From NCBI GenBank assembly GCA_039933105.1, contig JBDTOT010000023.1:115-64114 (forward strand): DNA of 64,000 nucleotides, written 5' to 3'. Positions 1-9,792 of the stretch are shown piece after piece; within the stretch, counting starts at the first letter, position 1, and each line of letters begins with the position of its first letter. Source of the DNA: Gammaproteobacteria bacterium. GTDB lineage: Bacteria > Pseudomonadota > Gammaproteobacteria > Steroidobacterales > Rariloculaceae. The position numbers and the translations under genes were made by a program. The notes below the pieces were generated by a model. It was not told where the DNA came from. It saw only the letters and a list, made by a program, of their open reading frames with translations, and made no database searches.

Positions 1-1
1 C

Positions 2-172
2 GGGCACGGCGGCGGGGCGCCCCTCGATAAGCTTCTGGATGCGGCGGCGGCCATGCAGGTCATGGGCAGCGGCCGGAATGCCATGCCGCCGTTCGCCGGA
101 GTGCTCACGCCAGAGCAGATTCGCGATGTCGCGACCTACGTGGTGACAGCCCTTCGGGCCCCGCCGCGCTGA
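2..172 (+). CDS. c-type cytochrome, C-terminal fragment (5' end outside window)
   Basis: Frame is open from the window edge to TGA at 170-172. The tail ...GSGRNAMPPFAGVLTPEQIRDVATYVV resembles the Met-ligand and C-terminal helix region of class I cytochromes c. Confidence 0.45.
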   Translation, partial: GHGGGAPLDKLLDAAAAMQVMGSGRNAMPPFAGVLTPEQIRDVATYVVTALRAPPR

Positions 173-300
173 TGTTTCTTGCGAGTCACGCGCGAGCCGA
201 TTTTGTAAACTTGGGGCTCGTGCGGGGCTTGGCCATCCGTGCCTGCCCGGTGCCCGGGCCTAACTGCTCGGCAGTGCCGGTGGCTTACGGCTATTATTAG

Positions 301-1278
301 GTGTCCGCCGTCGCGGACGTTTTTGGGGGCGTACTGGTGTCGTCGTTGTCGCGCCGCGCAGTGCTGAAGACCGCGGGTAGTCTCGCGGCGGCATCGTTCG
401 GCGGCGCATTGCTTCGGCCGGGAGCCGTCTGGGCGCAAGTTGCCGGCGGTGCTCAACGCGCCACGCGGGACCTCGGCAACGGTGTTCACGTGCTAACGCT
501 CGGCGCAACGAACGTGCTCGCACTGACGGGCGCCGACGGCGTAGTGCTCGTCGACGGCGCACCCACGGGCCAGCACGCGCTGCTGACGGAGATGCTGGCC
601 ACGCTGCCGAAAACCGGCCGCGTACACACGCTGTTCAACTCGCACTGGCATCCCGAGCAGACGGGATCGAACGCAGCGCTGGGCAAAGCCGGCGCCACGA
701 TCATCGCGCAACAGAACACGAAGCTTTGGCTCACGACCGACGTGACATGGCCGTGGGATCCGCAGACGGTGAAGCCGCTTGCGAAGGAAGCGTTGCCGAA
801 CAAGACCTTCTACTCGCAGGCCGAGTTCGATGTCGGCGGCCGCAAGGCGCAGTGCGGCCATCTGCGCGATTGCCCGCATACCGACGGCGACATGTACGTG
901 TTTTTCCCGAACGATAACGTGCTCTGCGTCGGGGATGCTGTGTACAACGCCGGCTGGCCGTCCATCGACTGGTGGACCGGCGGCTGGATCGGCGGGCAGG
1001 TCGGCGGAATCGACATGCTCTTTTCCGTCACCAACAAGGACACGCGCATCGTGCCCGCACGAGGTCCCGTGATGACGCAGGCCGACCTGCGCGCCCAATA
1101 CGAGATGTACGGCACGATCTGGCAGCGCTTGTTGAAGACACTCTACAGCGGCGGCGGACCCGACGAGGCCGTGGCCGCGAAGCCCACCCAGGAGTTCGAG
1201 GCCAAGATGGGGCCGTCCGAGCCGTTCGTGCGCCGCGCATTCCAGAGTCTTTGGGCCTATCTGTCACCGGACGCTTGA
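301..1278 (+). CDS. MBL-fold metallo-hydrolase with twin-arginine signal
   Basis: 325-aa ORF with GTG start. N-terminus SRRAVLKTAGSLAAASFG looks like a Tat signal. The HWHPEQTGSN motif matches the HxHxD-type MBL signature, with later conserved H/D residues. Confidence 0.8.
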   Translation: MSAVADVFGGVLVSSLSRRAVLKTAGSLAAASFGGALLRPGAVWAQVAGGAQRATRDLGNGVHVLTLGATNVLALTGADGVVLVDGAPTGQHALLTEMLATLPKTGRVHTLFNSHWHPEQTGSNAALGKAGATIIAQQNTKLWLTTDVTWPWDPQTVKPLAKEALPNKTFYSQAEFDVGGRKAQCGHLRDCPHTDGDMYVFFPNDNVLCVGDAVYNAGWPSIDWWTGGWIGGQVGGIDMLFSVTNKDTRIVPARGPVMTQADLRAQYEMYGTIWQRLLKTLYSGGGPDEAVAAKPTQEFEAKMGPSEPFVRRAFQSLWAYLSPDA

Positions 1279-1291
1279 TCCAAATCGCAAG

Positions 1292-3715
1292 ATGAAATCG
1301 ATTCGACATCTGTCTTGGCTCGGAGCGCTCGTACTGGTTGCGGGCTGCGGCAAGTTCGGCGGCGAGCAGTCGGTTGCGGATGCCGGCAAAGAACAGTGGC
1401 CGATGGTGCAGAAGTACTGCAGCGACTGTCACAACGACGCTGAGCTCGCGGGCGGCATCGACTTCGCAAAGATTGGCCCGGATAACGTCGCCCAGCACGC
1501 TGAGACACTCGAGATGGCCGTGCGTAAATTGCGCAGCCACGCCATGCCGCCGCCGAAAGAGCCGCGGCCCGATGCGCAGCACCTCACGGCGTTCGTCTCG
1601 TGGCTCGAGCGCGCGCTCGACGAGGCTTCTGCGAATACGCACGGCTACCAGGCCATCGTTCCGCACCGGCTGAATCGCAAGGAATACGACAACGCGGTGC
1701 ACGATCTGCTGGCACTCGACGTCGACTCGGCAGAGTTCCTGCCGCCCGACGACGAGGTGAAGCACTTCGACAACATCGCCACCGGCTTGCAGGTGTCGCC
1801 TTCGTTCATCGAGCAGTACGTGATTGCCGCCCGCGCGGTTGCAGTACGCGCGGTGGGTCGCCCCGACGCGCGGACCGGCAGCCAGACCTACGCGGCGGGC
1901 CCCGGCAATCAGCAGACGCACGTGACCGGTTTGCCGCTTGGCACGCGCGGTGGCATGGTCGTCAATCATCTCTTCCCGTCGGACGGCGAGTACCGAGTCA
2001 ACATCGCCGACATGTTCACGCACATCTGGGGCAACGACTCGGAGTTCGAGAACGGCGTCGTCGTTACGCTAGACGGCAAGCTGGTGTACGAGACGACGGT
2101 AGGCGGCGACGAGGACTCGAAGGCCTACGACCAGGTCCAGAACGGCGTGATGGAGAAGGTCAACGGCCGTCTGAAGAACATCCGCTTCACCACGACCGCC
2201 GGGCCGCACAAAGTCGGCGTGACCTTTCGCCGCCGCACGTTCGCGGAATCGGACGATCAGCAACAGCTGTTCGTGCCGGGTGGTGGCCAGGACCGCGTGT
2301 TCCGCGTGAGCTCGTTCGAGATCAGCGGCCCGTACAAACCGACGGGCTTGAGCATGACGCCGAGCCGCGAGCGCATCTTCTCGTGCGATCCGGCGCGCGG
2401 CGACGATGAGAAGCTGTGTGCCGAGAAGATTCTCGGCGATCTCGCGAAGCGCGCGTACCGCCGGCCGCTCACGGAGACAGACGTGGCAGACCTGCTCGAG
2501 TATTACCGCGACGGCCGTGCCGCGAACGGTTTCGAGGAAGGCATTCGTGCCGGCGTCACGGGCATTCTGGCGAGCCCATATTTCCTGTATCGCGTGGAGC
2601 GCGCCCCCGAAGGGGTGCCACCCGGGCAGATCTACCGCGTCGACGACCTGGCGCTGGCGTCGAAGCTGTCGTTCTTCCTGTGGAACACGATTCCGGACGA
2701 TCAGTTGCTCGATCTCGCCGTTCGCGGCGAGCTCGGCAAAGAGAAGGTACTGCGCGAGCAGGTCACCCGCATGCTGAAGGATCCGCGTGCCGAAACGCTC
2801 GCGGCCAACTTCGTATTCCACTGGCTCGACATGCGCCGTCTCGGCGAAGTGGAGCCCGATCGCGCGATTTTCCCGTACGCGTCGGGGCGCGGCGATCCGC
2901 GCGCGGACTATTTGAAAGAGCTCGAACTGTTCGCGAAGGGCCTCTTCGACGAGGACCGCAGCGTCGCCGATTTCCTGACCGCGAAAGAAACTTATCTGAA
3001 CGAGCGCGTTGCGCTGTTGTACGGCATTACCGACGTCAAGGGCGATCAGTTCCGTCGCGTGGAGCTCAAAGACTCGGCACGCTGGGGCCTGCTGGGCAAA
3101 GGCGCGATCTTGATGGCCGCCGCCTATCCGAACCGCACGTCACCCGTATTGCGCGGATCGTTCATCTTGGAATACATCGCGGGTGCGCCGCCAGCACGGC
3201 CGCCGCTCAATGTACCGGCGTTCCCCGAGGCCGAAATCGGCACGGCAAAAGCGCGCACGGTGCGCGACATCATGGCGAAGCATCGCGAGAACCCGGTGTG
3301 CTTCTCGTGTCACGGCGTCATGGATCCGCTCGGCTTCGCGCTCGAGAACTTCGACGCTGTCGGCGCGTGGCGTGACAAGGATCGTTACGCGGGCACGCTG
3401 ATCGACTCGCGAGCCGTGTTGCCGGATGGCACTTCGGTCAAAGGCCCGAACGAGCTCCGCGAGGCCCTTGCGCGTGATCCTGAACAGTTCGTGCGCACGT
3501 TCACGGAGCGGTTCTTGACGTACGCGCTCGGCCGCGTCGTGGATTACCGCGACATGCCGGCCGTGCGCAAGATCGTGCGCGACGCCAAACATGACAACTA
3601 CAAGTTTTCTACGCTCGTCTGGGAAATCGTGACGAGTGAACCGTTCCAGATGCGGCAGGCGCCGGAAGCTTCGGCGCCGCCCGTCGTGACGGCGCAAACG
3701 GCTTCGACGAAGTAG
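1292..3715 (+). CDS. DUF1592/DUF1588/DUF1585-type haem-motif lipoprotein (planctomycete cytochrome C-like family)
   Basis: 807-aa ORF with lipobox LVAGC. It has two CxxCH motifs (CSDCH near the N-terminus, CFSCH near the C-terminus). The architecture is typical of the DUF1592 partner of DUF1552 proteins. Confidence 0.8.
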   Translation: MKSIRHLSWLGALVLVAGCGKFGGEQSVADAGKEQWPMVQKYCSDCHNDAELAGGIDFAKIGPDNVAQHAETLEMAVRKLRSHAMPPPKEPRPDAQHLTAFVSWLERALDEASANTHGYQAIVPHRLNRKEYDNAVHDLLALDVDSAEFLPPDDEVKHFDNIATGLQVSPSFIEQYVIAARAVAVRAVGRPDARTGSQTYAAGPGNQQTHVTGLPLGTRGGMVVNHLFPSDGEYRVNIADMFTHIWGNDSEFENGVVVTLDGKLVYETTVGGDEDSKAYDQVQNGVMEKVNGRLKNIRFTTTAGPHKVGVTFRRRTFAESDDQQQLFVPGGGQDRVFRVSSFEISGPYKPTGLSMTPSRERIFSCDPARGDDEKLCAEKILGDLAKRAYRRPLTETDVADLLEYYRDGRAANGFEEGIRAGVTGILASPYFLYRVERAPEGVPPGQIYRVDDLALASKLSFFLWNTIPDDQLLDLAVRGELGKEKVLREQVTRMLKDPRAETLAANFVFHWLDMRRLGEVEPDRAIFPYASGRGDPRADYLKELELFAKGLFDEDRSVADFLTAKETYLNERVALLYGITDVKGDQFRRVELKDSARWGLLGKGAILMAAAYPNRTSPVLRGSFILEYIAGAPPARPPLNVPAFPEAEIGTAKARTVRDIMAKHRENPVCFSCHGVMDPLGFALENFDAVGAWRDKDRYAGTLIDSRAVLPDGTSVKGPNELREALARDPEQFVRTFTERFLTYALGRVVDYRDMPAVRKIVRDAKHDNYKFSTLVWEIVTSEPFQMRQAPEASAPPVVTAQTASTK

Positions 3716-3752
3716 GGGCAAGGCGTAACACGCCGGGCAACAGGAGATAGCG

Positions 3753-5027
3753 ATGTTCATTACCAAGAAGCATCTTTCCCGTAGAACCGTATTGCGCGGA
3801 GCCGGCGCGGTCATCGCGCTGCCGCTGCTCGATGCGATGCTGCCTGCCATGGCCGCGAATTCGAAGCCGACGCCGCAGCGTCTGGCGTTCGTCGGCTTCC
3901 CGCACGGTGCCGTGATGCGGCACTGGTCGCCGGAGCAAACGGGCAAAGACTTCCAGATGACGAAAATTCTGGAGCCGCTCACGCCGTACCGTCAGCACCT
4001 GACGATCGTGTCCGGGCTCCGCAACAAGCCGGCGGAGAATCCCGAGCCGCACCAGTACGTCGAGAAAACCTGGCTCACGTGCGTGCCGTTCGACAAGGCT
4101 GGCGCGAACGGCAAAGACTACGGTGTCTCCGCCGACCAGCTCGCGGCGCGCCACATCGGCCAGGAGACGCGCTTGCCATCGCTCGAGATGACGACGACGC
4201 AGCAAGGCGCGCAGATGTCGTGGCGCACGCCAACGCAGTCGCTGCCGCAAGAGATCAGCCCGCGCGCGGTGTTTTACCGCCTGTTCGGTCAGGGCGACAC
4301 CGACAGCGAGCGCACGGCGATCGTCAAGGAAACCGGCAGCATCTTGGATCGCGTCACTGGCCAGGCGCAGGGTCTGCAGCAGAAGCTGGGCGCCACAGAT
4401 CGCGTGGCCGTCGACGCCTATCTCGACTCCGTGCGTGAGATCGAGCGACGTTTGCAGCTCTCCGCCGAGAAGGACAACAGCGGCCTGGAGATCCCGGAAG
4501 CGCCGATCGGCGTGCCGAACGACATCGACACGCACTTCAAGATGATGTTCGACTTGATGGCGCTCGCGTTTCAGGCGGACGTCACGCGCGTGGTCACGTT
4601 CTCGATGGACCGCGAAGCCAGCATGCGCACGTACAACAACTTGAGCATTAGCGAGGCGTTCCATCCGCTGTCGCACCACTCGAATGATCCGGCGAAGCAG
4701 GATCGGCTCGCGGTGATCCAGAACTACCATACGAAGGTGTTCGCCCGGTTCATCGAGCGCTTGGCGAAGACGCAGGATGGCGACGGCACGCTGCTCGACC
4801 ATTCGATGATCATGTTCGGTAGCAACATGAGCGACAGCAATCGCCACAACCATGATCCGCTGCCTATCGCGATCCTTGGGCGCGCGCACGGCAACATCAA
4901 AGGCGGTCAGCATCTGCGCTACCCGCAGGATTCGCGCTTTGCAGATTTGTTGCTCACCGTTCTTCAGCGCACGCAAATTCCGATCGAATCGATCGGCGAC
5001 AGCGCCGGCGTGATCTCGGAGGTGTAA
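3753..5027 (+). CDS. DUF1552 domain protein (Tat-signal)
   Basis: 424-aa ORF. The N-terminus MFITKKHLSRRTVLRGAGAVIALPLLDAMLP is the characteristic DUF1552 start. It lies immediately downstream of the DUF1592 gene. Confidence 0.8.
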   Translation: MFITKKHLSRRTVLRGAGAVIALPLLDAMLPAMAANSKPTPQRLAFVGFPHGAVMRHWSPEQTGKDFQMTKILEPLTPYRQHLTIVSGLRNKPAENPEPHQYVEKTWLTCVPFDKAGANGKDYGVSADQLAARHIGQETRLPSLEMTTTQQGAQMSWRTPTQSLPQEISPRAVFYRLFGQGDTDSERTAIVKETGSILDRVTGQAQGLQQKLGATDRVAVDAYLDSVREIERRLQLSAEKDNSGLEIPEAPIGVPNDIDTHFKMMFDLMALAFQADVTRVVTFSMDREASMRTYNNLSISEAFHPLSHHSNDPAKQDRLAVIQNYHTKVFARFIERLAKTQDGDGTLLDHSMIMFGSNMSDSNRHNHDPLPIAILGRAHGNIKGGQHLRYPQDSRFADLLLTVLQRTQIPIESIGDSAGVISEV

Positions 5028-5029
5028 CC

Positions 5030-6643
5030 ATGTACGCGCGGCTCATCGGTCTTACGTTTGCGTTCGTGGGCACTGTGGCCGGAGCTGCCGAGCAATCGCT
5101 GCTCTCGGCCGCCGAGGCCGGTGATCATGCGGCGGCGGTGGCGCTGATCAAGGGCGCCGACGTGAACGCGCGGGGTCCCGACGGCGCCACGGCGCTGCTG
5201 TGGGCCGTCTACAACCGCGATGCGGACCTCGCGACGCGGCTGATCGCCGCTGGGGCCGACGTGAACGCGAGGAACGAATTCGGTGCGTTTGCCCTGTCGG
5301 AAGCCGCGATTTCCGGCGACACGCCGCTGATCAAAGCGCTCATCGACGCTAAAGCCGACGTGAACATGGCGAACGCGGAAGGCGAAACGGCGCTGATGGT
5401 CGTCGCCCGCGCTGGCGACGTGCCCGCTGCCGAGTTGATCGTCAAAGCGGGCGCTGACGTGAACGCCGTTGAAGCGTGGGGCCTGCAGTCGCCGCTCATG
5501 TGGGCTGCGGCGCAGAAGCAGCCCGCCATGGTGAAGTTTCTCGTGGCGCATGGTGCGAACGTGAATGCGCGCGGCGCAGTTCGCGATTGGCAACGTAAAG
5601 TCATCCGCGAGCCGCGGCCGAAGGACATGAACCAGGGCGGTTTCACGCCGCTGCTGTATGCCGCGCGCGAGGGCTGCATCGAATGCGCGCGCGAGCTCGT
5701 CGCCGGTCACGTCGATTTGAATCTGCCGGACCCGCATCGCGTGACGCCGCTTGTGATGGCGCTGCTGAATTTGCACTTCGATCTCGCGGCCTACCTGATC
5801 GATATCGGCGCCGATGTCAACAAGTGGGACCTGTACGGCCGCACTCCGATCTACATGACGGCCGACACGGAAACGCTGCCCACTCAGGGCAACGGCACGA
5901 TGGTCGTGCTGCCGAGCATGGACAAGCTGACGGCCATGGACATCGCGAAGCAGCTGCTCGCGAAAGGCGCGGATCCGAACATCCAGCTGAAGCGCCGGCC
6001 GCCGTATCGCAACGTGCCGCAGGATCGTAACGGCGACACGATCCTGTCGTTCGGCGCCACGCCGCTGCTGCGTGCCGCGCGCGCTGGCGACGCCGCAATG
6101 GCGCAGCTCTTGCTCGAGCACGGGGCGCTCGTCGACTTGCCGAGCAATCAGGGCGTCACACCGCTCCTGGCGGCAGCCGGCGTCGAGTACGGCCTGCGCG
6201 TGACGCGCGGCCGCAATCGCACGGAAGAGGGAGTCCTCAAGACCCTGCAGGTGCTGCTCGACGCGGGTGCCGACATCAATGCGCGCGAGGTCATCGAGCC
6301 GAAGGGCGGCGCGCGGGCAGCGCAGCTGCCCGTAAACGATCAGAAGCTAGGCGATTTCAGTTATGACTATCGCGGCCGGCAAGTGCCGAGCGTACGCGCA
6401 ATCCCTCATCGAACGGCGTTGCAGGGCGCCGCGATGAAAGGCTTCACGCCGATCGTGAAGTTCCTGGCGGAACACGGCGCGGATCTGTACGCGAAGGACG
6501 CGAACAATCGCACGGCGCTCGATCTTGCGAATGGCGACTACAACGAGCCGTTCCTGCGCCAGGCCGCCGAGCCGCACGCCGATACCGTCGCGCTGCTCAA
6601 GCAGTTCATGGCGGAGCGTCCGCCGGCCCAGGCGCGCAACTGA
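5030..6643 (+). CDS. secreted ankyrin-repeat protein
   Basis: 537-aa ORF starting 3 nt after the DUF1552 stop. It has a signal-peptide-like N-terminus and many G-xTPL-A-GH--V-LL--GADVNA repeats. Confidence 0.85.
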   Translation: MYARLIGLTFAFVGTVAGAAEQSLLSAAEAGDHAAAVALIKGADVNARGPDGATALLWAVYNRDADLATRLIAAGADVNARNEFGAFALSEAAISGDTPLIKALIDAKADVNMANAEGETALMVVARAGDVPAAELIVKAGADVNAVEAWGLQSPLMWAAAQKQPAMVKFLVAHGANVNARGAVRDWQRKVIREPRPKDMNQGGFTPLLYAAREGCIECARELVAGHVDLNLPDPHRVTPLVMALLNLHFDLAAYLIDIGADVNKWDLYGRTPIYMTADTETLPTQGNGTMVVLPSMDKLTAMDIAKQLLAKGADPNIQLKRRPPYRNVPQDRNGDTILSFGATPLLRAARAGDAAMAQLLLEHGALVDLPSNQGVTPLLAAAGVEYGLRVTRGRNRTEEGVLKTLQVLLDAGADINAREVIEPKGGARAAQLPVNDQKLGDFSYDYRGRQVPSVRAIPHRTALQGAAMKGFTPIVKFLAEHGADLYAKDANNRTALDLANGDYNEPFLRQAAEPHADTVALLKQFMAERPPAQARN

Positions 6644-6662
6644 TCGAGCCCCTCCCGTTCAC

Positions 6663-7334
6663 TCAGAGGTGCGCGAGACGGTAGGCCACGATCGCGGGGC
6701 CGACGCCGCTCATCTGAAATGCGGCGTTGACGCCTTGGTAGAAGATCAGACCAAGCAGCGTTGCGAGATGAACGCGACGTCGCGTCCATAAGTCATGGAC
6801 GATGAACGAGGCCATGAGCCCGAGCATCGCGGCAAGTATGATCGGGACGAAGATGCCACCCCAGCTGCCGATTCTCGCGGCGGCCGGCCCCACCATTTCT
6901 AAAGTGGCGATCAGCATGAGTCGCATGTGGATATCGGGGCGCCGCCGAAAGTAGATCGCAAGCGCCACGAGCGTGGGTAAGACGACGAAGCCGGCCAGAT
7001 CGGCCGCCGTAACCGCGCTGTACAGTTGGATCTCCGCTTCCAAGAGCGGCGGGTGCGCTGCAGCGTTGCGCGGCACCATGTGTGTGCTCGTGTAAACACC
7101 GAGAGCGATGATCGCGACGCCCAAGCCCAATCCGAACCATCCGAGTTGCCGGTGCCGCGCGAAGTTGCCGTTCGCGATCAGGACTGCCTGAACGACTACG
7201 AGCACGAACCAGGCCGTGCCCGCGACTCCGTGCAGGTAGAGATAGAGCGGAATCTGCGGCACGTCGAAGAAGGGCCTTAGGAAGAACGTGGGCCCAAACC
7301 CGGCGAAGTTCACGATGAACATCGCGACGGCCAT
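6663..7334 (-). CDS. polytopic membrane protein, paralogue of 38720-39391
   Basis: This is the C-terminal 223 aa of the 439-aa track ORF. It is hydrophobic with multiple TM segments and aligns by eye with 38720-39391 (GF-PTFF, LHGVAGT-W, RH--LG). The start may lie further upstream (in-frame TTG at 7358). The long N-terminal extension to 7982 looks non-coding. Confidence 0.6.
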   Translation of the reverse strand: MAVAMFIVNFAGFGPTFFLRPFFDVPQIPLYLYLHGVAGTAWFVLVVVQAVLIANGNFARHRQLGWFGLGLGVAIIALGVYTSTHMVPRNAAAHPPLLEAEIQLYSAVTAADLAGFVVLPTLVALAIYFRRRPDIHMRLMLIATLEMVGPAAARIGSWGGIFVPIILAAMLGLMASFIVHDLWTRRRVHLATLLGLIFYQGVNAAFQMSGVGPAIVAYRLAHL

Positions 7335-7607
7335 GCTCACGGCGAAGGTTTGATTCAACGCAAGCGAGCCCCCAGGGCGCGCAGTCAGGTCCGCGGCGGC
7401 AGCCAATCTCGAATCCCCCCAAAAAGGTCGGTTGGTGCTGGACGGGTAGGCGACCGGGGGAGCATACGCCCCGATGGTTCCTTCGGACCAGAGAGGGCAG
7501 GCCACCGCCAGGCCTGCGGGCAGTTTCGTTTCTGTTTCTTGAACGGCTTCATGGTCTGTCGTGGTGCACCCGGGCAAAGTGTCCACGCTGGTTAACGGGA
7601 TTACATT

Positions 7608-7889
7608 ATGTCCAAGCTGCCGAAAAACGATTTTGCCATGGATGCCAAGGTCCAAAGCCGCACCTACCGTGGGCCGGACCGGCGCGATCCCGACGCGACC
7701 GACGACTCGCAGGTCTCGCGGCAGATCAAGTTCGACGCCAAGGGCAATCCTGTTCTCGAAGTCCGCGTGGACGTCCCCCGACGCCGCGGCGATGACAACA
7801 CGATCGATCTCCTGAAGTGCCTCGATGCCGACGGGCTGAAACTGCAACTCGAGGACGAGCCGAAGAAGCCCGCCAACAAGCGCCGCTAG
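7608..7889 (+). CDS. small charged hypothetical protein
   Basis: 93-aa ATG ORF in an otherwise empty gap. A 6-bp-stem hairpin (GCGCTC-N5-GAGCGC, 7889-7905) overlaps its stop. No family recognised. Confidence 0.4.
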   Translation: MSKLPKNDFAMDAKVQSRTYRGPDRRDPDATDDSQVSRQIKFDAKGNPVLEVRVDVPRRRGDDNTIDLLKCLDADGLKLQLEDEPKKPANKRR

Positions 7890-8002
7890 CGCTCGACTCG
7901 AGCGCGCCAAGTCCCTGACGCCCCGTCGCCGCTCGCCCGCGTGCGAGCCGTCCCCGCGGCGCGTAAGATCGCACCCGACCAAAACTCGAGAGGGCGGCTG
8001 TC

Positions 8003-8863
8003 ATGGGGCAACGATGGGGGATGATTGCGGTCGCGGTAGTGATCGCGTCGCCGGTGTCCGCCCAGCTTTCGAATCTGGCGGCACCCGTCGTCATCAGCCA
8101 CTACGAACTGAACGTCACGAACGTCGCCGAACACAAAAAATTCTGGGTGGACACGCTCGGCGGCAAAGCGACGAAGATCGGCAAGGTCGACGCGGTCGAG
8201 TTCCCAGACGCGCTCATTCTTTTGCGCGTGCACAAGCCCACGGGCCCCACCCGTGGCACTACGTTCGATCACATCGGCTTGGCCGCGCCCGACGTGGCGG
8301 CGCTGACGACGAAGGTCGTCGCGAACGGTTACAAGCTCACGGTGGGTCGCGAACCCGCGCCCGGTGAAACGGCGAGTCCGCCAACGGCCGGCAACTACGG
8401 CCGGTTCTCGTACCTCCTGGGCCCCGACGGTGTGAAGGTAGAGCTCGTCACGAACATGGACGCAGGCGCGCCGCCGATCAAAGGCCACCACGTGCACTTC
8501 GTGAACAAAGAGTTCGTTGCGATGCAGCAGTGGTTCATGAAAGCGTTCGACGCGACGCTGCGCGATGGGCAGACGGATTTCTTCATCGGCGCCGATCTGC
8601 CGAATGTGGGCTACAGCCTGAACTTTTTCAGTTGGCTGCCGAATGAGAAGCTCACCGGTACGCACGGCCGCGCGGTCGAGAGCGCCGGCTTCGACGTACA
8701 CGATTTGAAAGCGTTCTGCGCTCGATTGAAAGCGAAAGGCATTCCGCTGACGAAACCGTATTCGCTCGACAAGGCACTCGGTCTGTACACGGCGACCATC
8801 ACGGATCCGTGGGGCACCGTGATCGAATTGACGGAAGGTTTGCGGCCGAAGCCCCCGCGGTAG
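8003..8863 (+). CDS. secreted VOC (glyoxalase/bleomycin-resistance/dioxygenase) family protein, two-domain
   Basis: 286-aa ORF with a signal peptide (AVVIASPVSAQ). It has two beta-alpha-beta-beta-beta-like halves with HIGLAAPD and HHVHFVN type motifs. Confidence 0.7.
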   Translation: MGQRWGMIAVAVVIASPVSAQLSNLAAPVVISHYELNVTNVAEHKKFWVDTLGGKATKIGKVDAVEFPDALILLRVHKPTGPTRGTTFDHIGLAAPDVAALTTKVVANGYKLTVGREPAPGETASPPTAGNYGRFSYLLGPDGVKVELVTNMDAGAPPIKGHHVHFVNKEFVAMQQWFMKAFDATLRDGQTDFFIGADLPNVGYSLNFFSWLPNEKLTGTHGRAVESAGFDVHDLKAFCARLKAKGIPLTKPYSLDKALGLYTATITDPWGTVIELTEGLRPKPPR

Positions 8864-8867
8864 GCAT

Positions 8868-9689
8868 TTGGCGAGCCGCAAAGATCTCGACCGACGGCAA
8901 AGGCGCTGGGCCGACGTAGCAGGCGTCAGCTACGACGCCCGAGGCTACGTCCGCGAGCTCGGCGAAAATTTGCGCGTCCCGCTCGGCGCTGCCGCACGCG
9001 CGGAGATCGAGCGCGGCTCTGAGCTCGAGCAGACGAGCACGCGGCCCGCTCGTCTGTTGTCGCTGACGTCATCTGCTGCACTGGTCATCAACTTCTTCGA
9101 CTACTGGCGCGGTCGCGACAGCGCGCCGCTCGCTTCGGTGCTCGGGCTGCCGGCCGGTTCGCCACAACTGCGTTTCGAGGAGCCGCTGCCGACCGGACTC
9201 GAAGGCGATCCGCCGAGTGCGGACGTGACACTGCATTGGCCTTCGGGCCACGTGGCCGCCATCGAGAGCAAGCTCGGCGAATGGCTCGTGCGCCGGCCGC
9301 GCAACAAAGCCGTGTTCAAACGTAAGTACTTTCCGCTTGGCGGCGACGTGTGGTCGGCCGCGGGACTACCGCGCTGCCAGGCGCTCGCCGCGGACATCGA
9401 TTCGGGACGCGAGCGATTCCGTTGGCTGCACGCCGCGCAACTGCTGAAGCACGCGCTAGGTCTTGAGCGCCTCGGCGCGCCGGCCACGACGCTCGTGTAC
9501 CTCTACTATGACTGGCCGAGCCGTGAGGCGACCGAACACGCGGCGGAGCTCACGCGATTCGCAGCGCGCATCGAGGCCGAAGTAGACTTCCGCGTGCTCA
9601 CCTACCAGGCGCTGCAAGATGCGCTGGTTGCCGCGGACACGCTCGACCCCCAGCATCGCGCCTACCTCACGCAGCGCTACTTCCCGTAG
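8868..9689 (+). CDS. hypothetical protein with PD-(D/E)xK nuclease-like motifs
   Basis: 273-aa ORF with TTG start. It carries SSAALVINFF, then PSADVTL...AAIESKLGEW (D ... E-x-K arrangement), then QLLKHALG. This resembles restriction-endonuclease-fold proteins. No methyltransferase gene is adjacent. Confidence 0.5.
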   Translation: MASRKDLDRRQRRWADVAGVSYDARGYVRELGENLRVPLGAAARAEIERGSELEQTSTRPARLLSLTSSAALVINFFDYWRGRDSAPLASVLGLPAGSPQLRFEEPLPTGLEGDPPSADVTLHWPSGHVAAIESKLGEWLVRRPRNKAVFKRKYFPLGGDVWSAAGLPRCQALAADIDSGRERFRWLHAAQLLKHALGLERLGAPATTLVYLYYDWPSREATEHAAELTRFAARIEAEVDFRVLTYQALQDALVAADTLDPQHRAYLTQRYFP

Positions 9690-9792
9690 CGCCCCTTGCG
9701 CAGCCCGCGGACGGCGTGCGTTTGGCTAGGCAGGCGGTTACGATGGCGTGGGTCCGACCGCGACCGACAACAACAACGAACGAGGTCCCGCG

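Noticed and set aside
7359-7982. Upstream 200+ codons of the 439-aa minus-strand ORF
   Set aside because: Similarity to the paralogue 38720-39391 begins only around 7334-7358. The upstream part is non-hydrophobic filler and overlaps the small plus-strand ORF.
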